The notes beneath the pieces were generated by a model. It was not told the origin of the DNA. It ran no database searches and saw nothing but the letters and a program-made list of their open reading frames with translations. Shown here in pieces: positions 59,922-64,000 of a DNA stretch of 64,000 nucleotides. The position numbers were made by a program, and so were the translations under genes. The DNA lies in the NCBI GenBank assembly GCA_047495785.1, contig JBLDXI010000029.1, forward strand, positions 1,054,001-1,118,000, in the 5' to 3' direction. The stretch is from Lepidodermella squamata. Taxonomy: Eukaryota; Animalia; Gastrotricha. Position 1 is the stretch's first letter. Every line of letters starts with the position of its first letter.

Positions 59922-62900
59922 ATGGTTTCCATCGACTATTTAATATTTCTTGTGATCTTAAGCGTTCGGCAGGAATCTGTCCACGCTGTTTCCACCCAAT
60001 TTTTAGGCGGAACCCTCTCTTGGCAGCCAGTCTCTCCCACAGACCCAGTAAGGCTTTTAACTCCGGCCCAATATCTCCAACTCTTTGATATATGCAGAAT
60101 CGGATAAACGTGTTCATGAATTTCGGCTGGTCCTCTCCTCCTCAATGCGCTGCTGGTCAGCAAATTGGCGACCTTGGCACTTTAACAGCAGGAGGCGCGG
60201 CGGTCGCGTCGACTCAAGTCAATTGCGTCGCTTCAGGAAATGCAGACTACCCGTACTCTGTAGGCACCTCGACCGCCAATGTCGCCGCCCCCGCTGGAGG
60301 GGCATATGGATTCTATCTGTATGACGGCGGACCATGGAGACCTGATATGGCTGGGACGGGTAATCAGTGCCTTTCAATCCTAGTTTGTATAAGGGGCTCG
60401 ATTCTTTAGGGAACTGGCGGTTTACATCGGTTGCTCGGACACCGGTACGCCCGGATACAAACCAGGTCAATAATAGTCCAGTGATAGGCTACATTCCAAA
60501 CTTCATTATATCGAAAAACTGCCCACTGAATGGCGGCCAACCTTGGCCACTCCCAGCTTTTGATATCGACCAGGACAACTTCGTCTGTCGATTCGGAACG
60601 GCCGATGAATGCGGCTCTATATGCGCTGCTTTACCAACTACAATCGCAAACGGATTCACATCATTTAACTTATCCGGCCCGAATGGGTGCCTGCTTACCG
60701 CGGTACCGAAAACTGCCGGGGTTTATGGGATTGGCATCCAAGTAGATGATTACGCCGCTTTTTCTCCAGGAGCGCCTCTATCTTCTGTTCCCGTTCAGTT
60801 TCAAATTACTGTGAAAGATGATGGCGTAACAAATTGCGCAACTAGGCCTACTGTTGTGTCACCCACCGTGCCGCATATGGCATGCATTGGAGCGAAAGTT
60901 AGCTTTAAAATTGACATTGTAGAGTTTTTCAGAAAATATTCTTGTCTTATAGCCAAATACGACATTTAACCAAAGGGTTTACATGCAACCAGGTCAAACT
61001 CCCGGGACTACGTAAGTTTATGCGATGAATATGGATTTAATTTTTCCGAAAATCCTAATTTACAGGGTAACTGGGGTTTTACCTTCAGTTCCACCAGGGA
61101 TGGTTGTTTCAAATGTTGGATTAGACGCATCAAATGGTCTCTATTTTGTCGATCTCACGTGGCCAACACCTACGCCTGGGATCAATTTCGCCTGCGTTGA
61201 GGCTGTGAACTCTCTCAAGTTGACCAGCGATCCATATTGTATCGATATTTGTACGGGAAATTTCCCCGTTCCAGAGGTCATTTCGATGACGCCAAACTTC
61301 ACAGCTCAGCCATTTGTTACGCCATTGAACAGTTTGACCCTTCAATTTAACTCGCCGATTATTGCCGGATTCGGAGGGTCTTTTCGCGTTCTTGAAGGAA
61401 TTCCTGGGACGCCGAACTTTAGGACTGTTTTCAATGAAACCATCAGACAGAGCACTTTAATCACGGTGAACAACACCTTCATGACAGTAAACACTGCCAG
61501 TGTGCCGTGGCGAGGTGGTTTTAATTACAAGTTTGAAGTTGACAATGGAATAGTGATCAACCAGAACTGCTGTGGTATTTTCGCAAATTTTTCAGCAGCC
61601 ACTCGAGTTTTGCAAAATGGTAACCGGTCATTAGAACTAGATTCTCAGAGCTAGCCATGGTTGTTATTTATGGTTTTCCAGTTGTACAAGCGCCACCTGA
61701 TGTAACTTTGGCTACGGTTCCGATTGAACAATTCACTAGTAAGATTCATAACGAAATTATTCTGCGTTCTATTGACGAATTTTCGTTACAGCGACTTCAA
61801 CAGCTCGAACTAGTAAGACTGTTTAGATTTCAGGCTTAACCCTACTATCGATGCAATTTATCAATAGCTACTGCAGCAGCAACTACTACTACGACAACGG
61901 CTTTGACTACAACTACAGCACGGCCAACTACAACGCTTGCGCTGACGACAACAACAACAGGGTCGAGTAAGTCAGAGATTTATTGATATCTAGTGAAATA
62001 ATGTCGAACCTAACAGCTACGACAACTCGACTCGTGACAACACTGAGTAAGAAAATTGAGCATTTCTCATCTGATTTTCATTTCATTCTTATGTGTAGGT
62101 ACAACAACAGCTAGGACGAGTATGCGTACCATTCAGGGTTATGAGTCATCTAAAAAAGTTTATCTGATCAGCAACAGGTCCTAGTACAACAACAGCCCGG
62201 ACTACCACTGGATTAACTACTACAGTTATTACGACAACAAGTCTAACGACTACTACTGCCAGGTCCAACGTTACTGCTCCTACACTGCCAAACATCATAA
62301 TCGTCACAGTACCTTATATCGTAACGATTCCAACACCTGTCGGTGGCTGCAACTGCACTACCCCAGATTGGGCAACAATTCTCGGCCAAATCTATGGCAA
62401 TCTTTCCTTGCTTTGGCGGAACGCTTCATTCAACATTTTCAACAACGTGAATGTCAATCCAGCTCCGATTAACATTGGAGCTCCTGTAATTTCTGTTTCA
62501 ATCGGCACTCCTGTTGTGGCTCCACCGGCCCCTCCGCCGCCACCACCTTCAATCTGGATTCCAGTTATTCCAATCGCACTGCCTCCACCTCCTCCAACAA
62601 TCATTCTAGTCCCACCTCCAGTCTACCAATCCATAAATCCGATATTCATACTTCAACCTTTTGTGACTCCCTACGCCTATCCACAGTATCAGATTGTCTA
62701 TAATAACTTCCAATGTTTAGCCACATTTGGCTCGATCAGCTTACCATTCGATGCTTTTTCTCGAGGCATAGTCGGGGATGCGATAATACTCAATGGCCGG
62801 AATCAATTCATCACAGTAACACCACCTTCGTGTAACAGCTGTTTTGGCAATATGGGCAGGTGTTCGAACGGAATGACAATGTGCACCTGGTACATGCCAC

Positions 62901-64000
62901 TCGCCGTATCTGCGGTGGATCAATACGTCTTTTCCGGGTTCGGAGTAATGACTGCGACGAACCAGCCCCAAATTGCGATGATTCAGACATCTACGCTTGG
63001 GCTTCAAGTATACGTTTCAGCAGGGCAAAGTAATGCATACTACCTGGCTAATTCCGGCGCGAATACCTTGAAACCTACGGCATGGTCTTATGTTTGCTTC
63101 TCTTACCAGCAAAATACTGGGATCAATCTTTACATCAACGGAATGTGTCAATCTTGTGCAAATCCTAATATGGGCCTCTACTACATGAACTTCAATCAGC
63201 AATTTCAGTCTCAGCCTGTGTTTCCAAGCTTTACCTATGCCGCCCCATCTTCAAGCCAGTGCTCATTCTACATTGGAAGGCCGAGTTATGCGTTGGGGAC
63301 TGGGACTAGCACAGGTTATGGAAGATTTGGCTTGGACCAATTTCAAGTTTGGCAAACAGCTTTGTCACCAATCGCCATCTATCAGCTATACACCACTGCT
63401 CAGCCGTCATTCCAGTGGGCAGCAAATCTTGCCCCGCCTATAGGGATCGGCTCTTTATTAGGCTTAGCAACGTTCAACCAAGGCTACAATGGCATGTCGC
63501 TGCAATGCGCAAGAGCTGGGGATGGTCTAGTTTGGAATCAGCCATTTTACACGGCTAATATTGCTCCAGTTCAACCAACTTATTCGACGTACTACAGCGA
63601 AGCTATGACTGCGACTTTTAAGTTTCAGTTGCTTCAACCGACCACGCAATACGTTCAGCCATTAACAGCTCAACCGTACGCGTTTTATTACGATACGCCT
63701 GTATTTGCTCTGACTCTTCCGCAAACCACGCAGCAAGTTCAGTATGCTAGTTTCGTCAACGCACCACCGAAGCTGGCACTATCTTTCGACCCCATTGCCG
63801 GATTTCGAGCGATCTATTGGACTAACGGAAGTATTTGGGCTATTAATGGAACTCCGAGTTTTTCGTTAGCCAATGTATTTACTACATCAGGGCAGCAAAA
63901 TTACTACACCCAGCCGCTGTATGTCGCATCCAGTGCTACCCCGCAATCACTGACCCCGTGGCAAGAAGTTTTGATCAGAGCAAGCCCAGCAAATGGTCTT
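59922..64000 (+). CDS. Large secreted/surface protein (Sib/integrin-beta-like N-terminus, Ig-like domain, Thr-rich stalk, Pro-rich region, LamG/ConA-like domain); runs off the window
   Basis: Signal peptide, FLGGTLSWQP, NNSP, DIDQDNFVCRF...ECGSIC, SSVPVQF, and later WSYVCFSY...LYING and LDQFQVWQTALS. The last exon from 62172 appears open to the window end. Confidence 0.75.

Noticed and set aside
1-64000. Prokaryotic systems (CRISPR arrays, defence islands, retrons)
   Set aside because: The DNA is intron-rich eukaryotic sequence. No repeat-spacer array was seen, and the RT is a non-LTR LINE.

Overview
This is compact animal (metazoan) genomic DNA, not prokaryotic. Most introns are GT-AG and about 50-60 nt, so the ORF track fragments most genes; I rebuilt gene models by hand from splice sites. 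In order, the window holds: a two-pore K+ channel; tRNAs; two RTE-type LINE copies; a Ly6/three-finger gene; a thioester-protein pseudogene; an orphan secreted hyper-cationic protein and its pseudogene; a small intron-containing C39-like cysteine peptidase of bacterial type; an RRM/prion-like protein; a very tightly packed same-strand block XRCC2-ELP6-ASNSD1-DDX43 (39-85 nt stop-to-start, operon-like); four tandem GILT paralogs with progressively degenerate active sites, one needing a 4-nt micro-exon; a duplicated region mixing Ly6 genes with an intronless GABA-B-like class C GPCR; several MITEs and transposase remnants; a J-domain membrane protein; and the 5' part of a large Sib/integrin-beta-like surface protein. 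Family assignments come from motif recognition by eye; no database searches were run. The species cannot be identified from the window.
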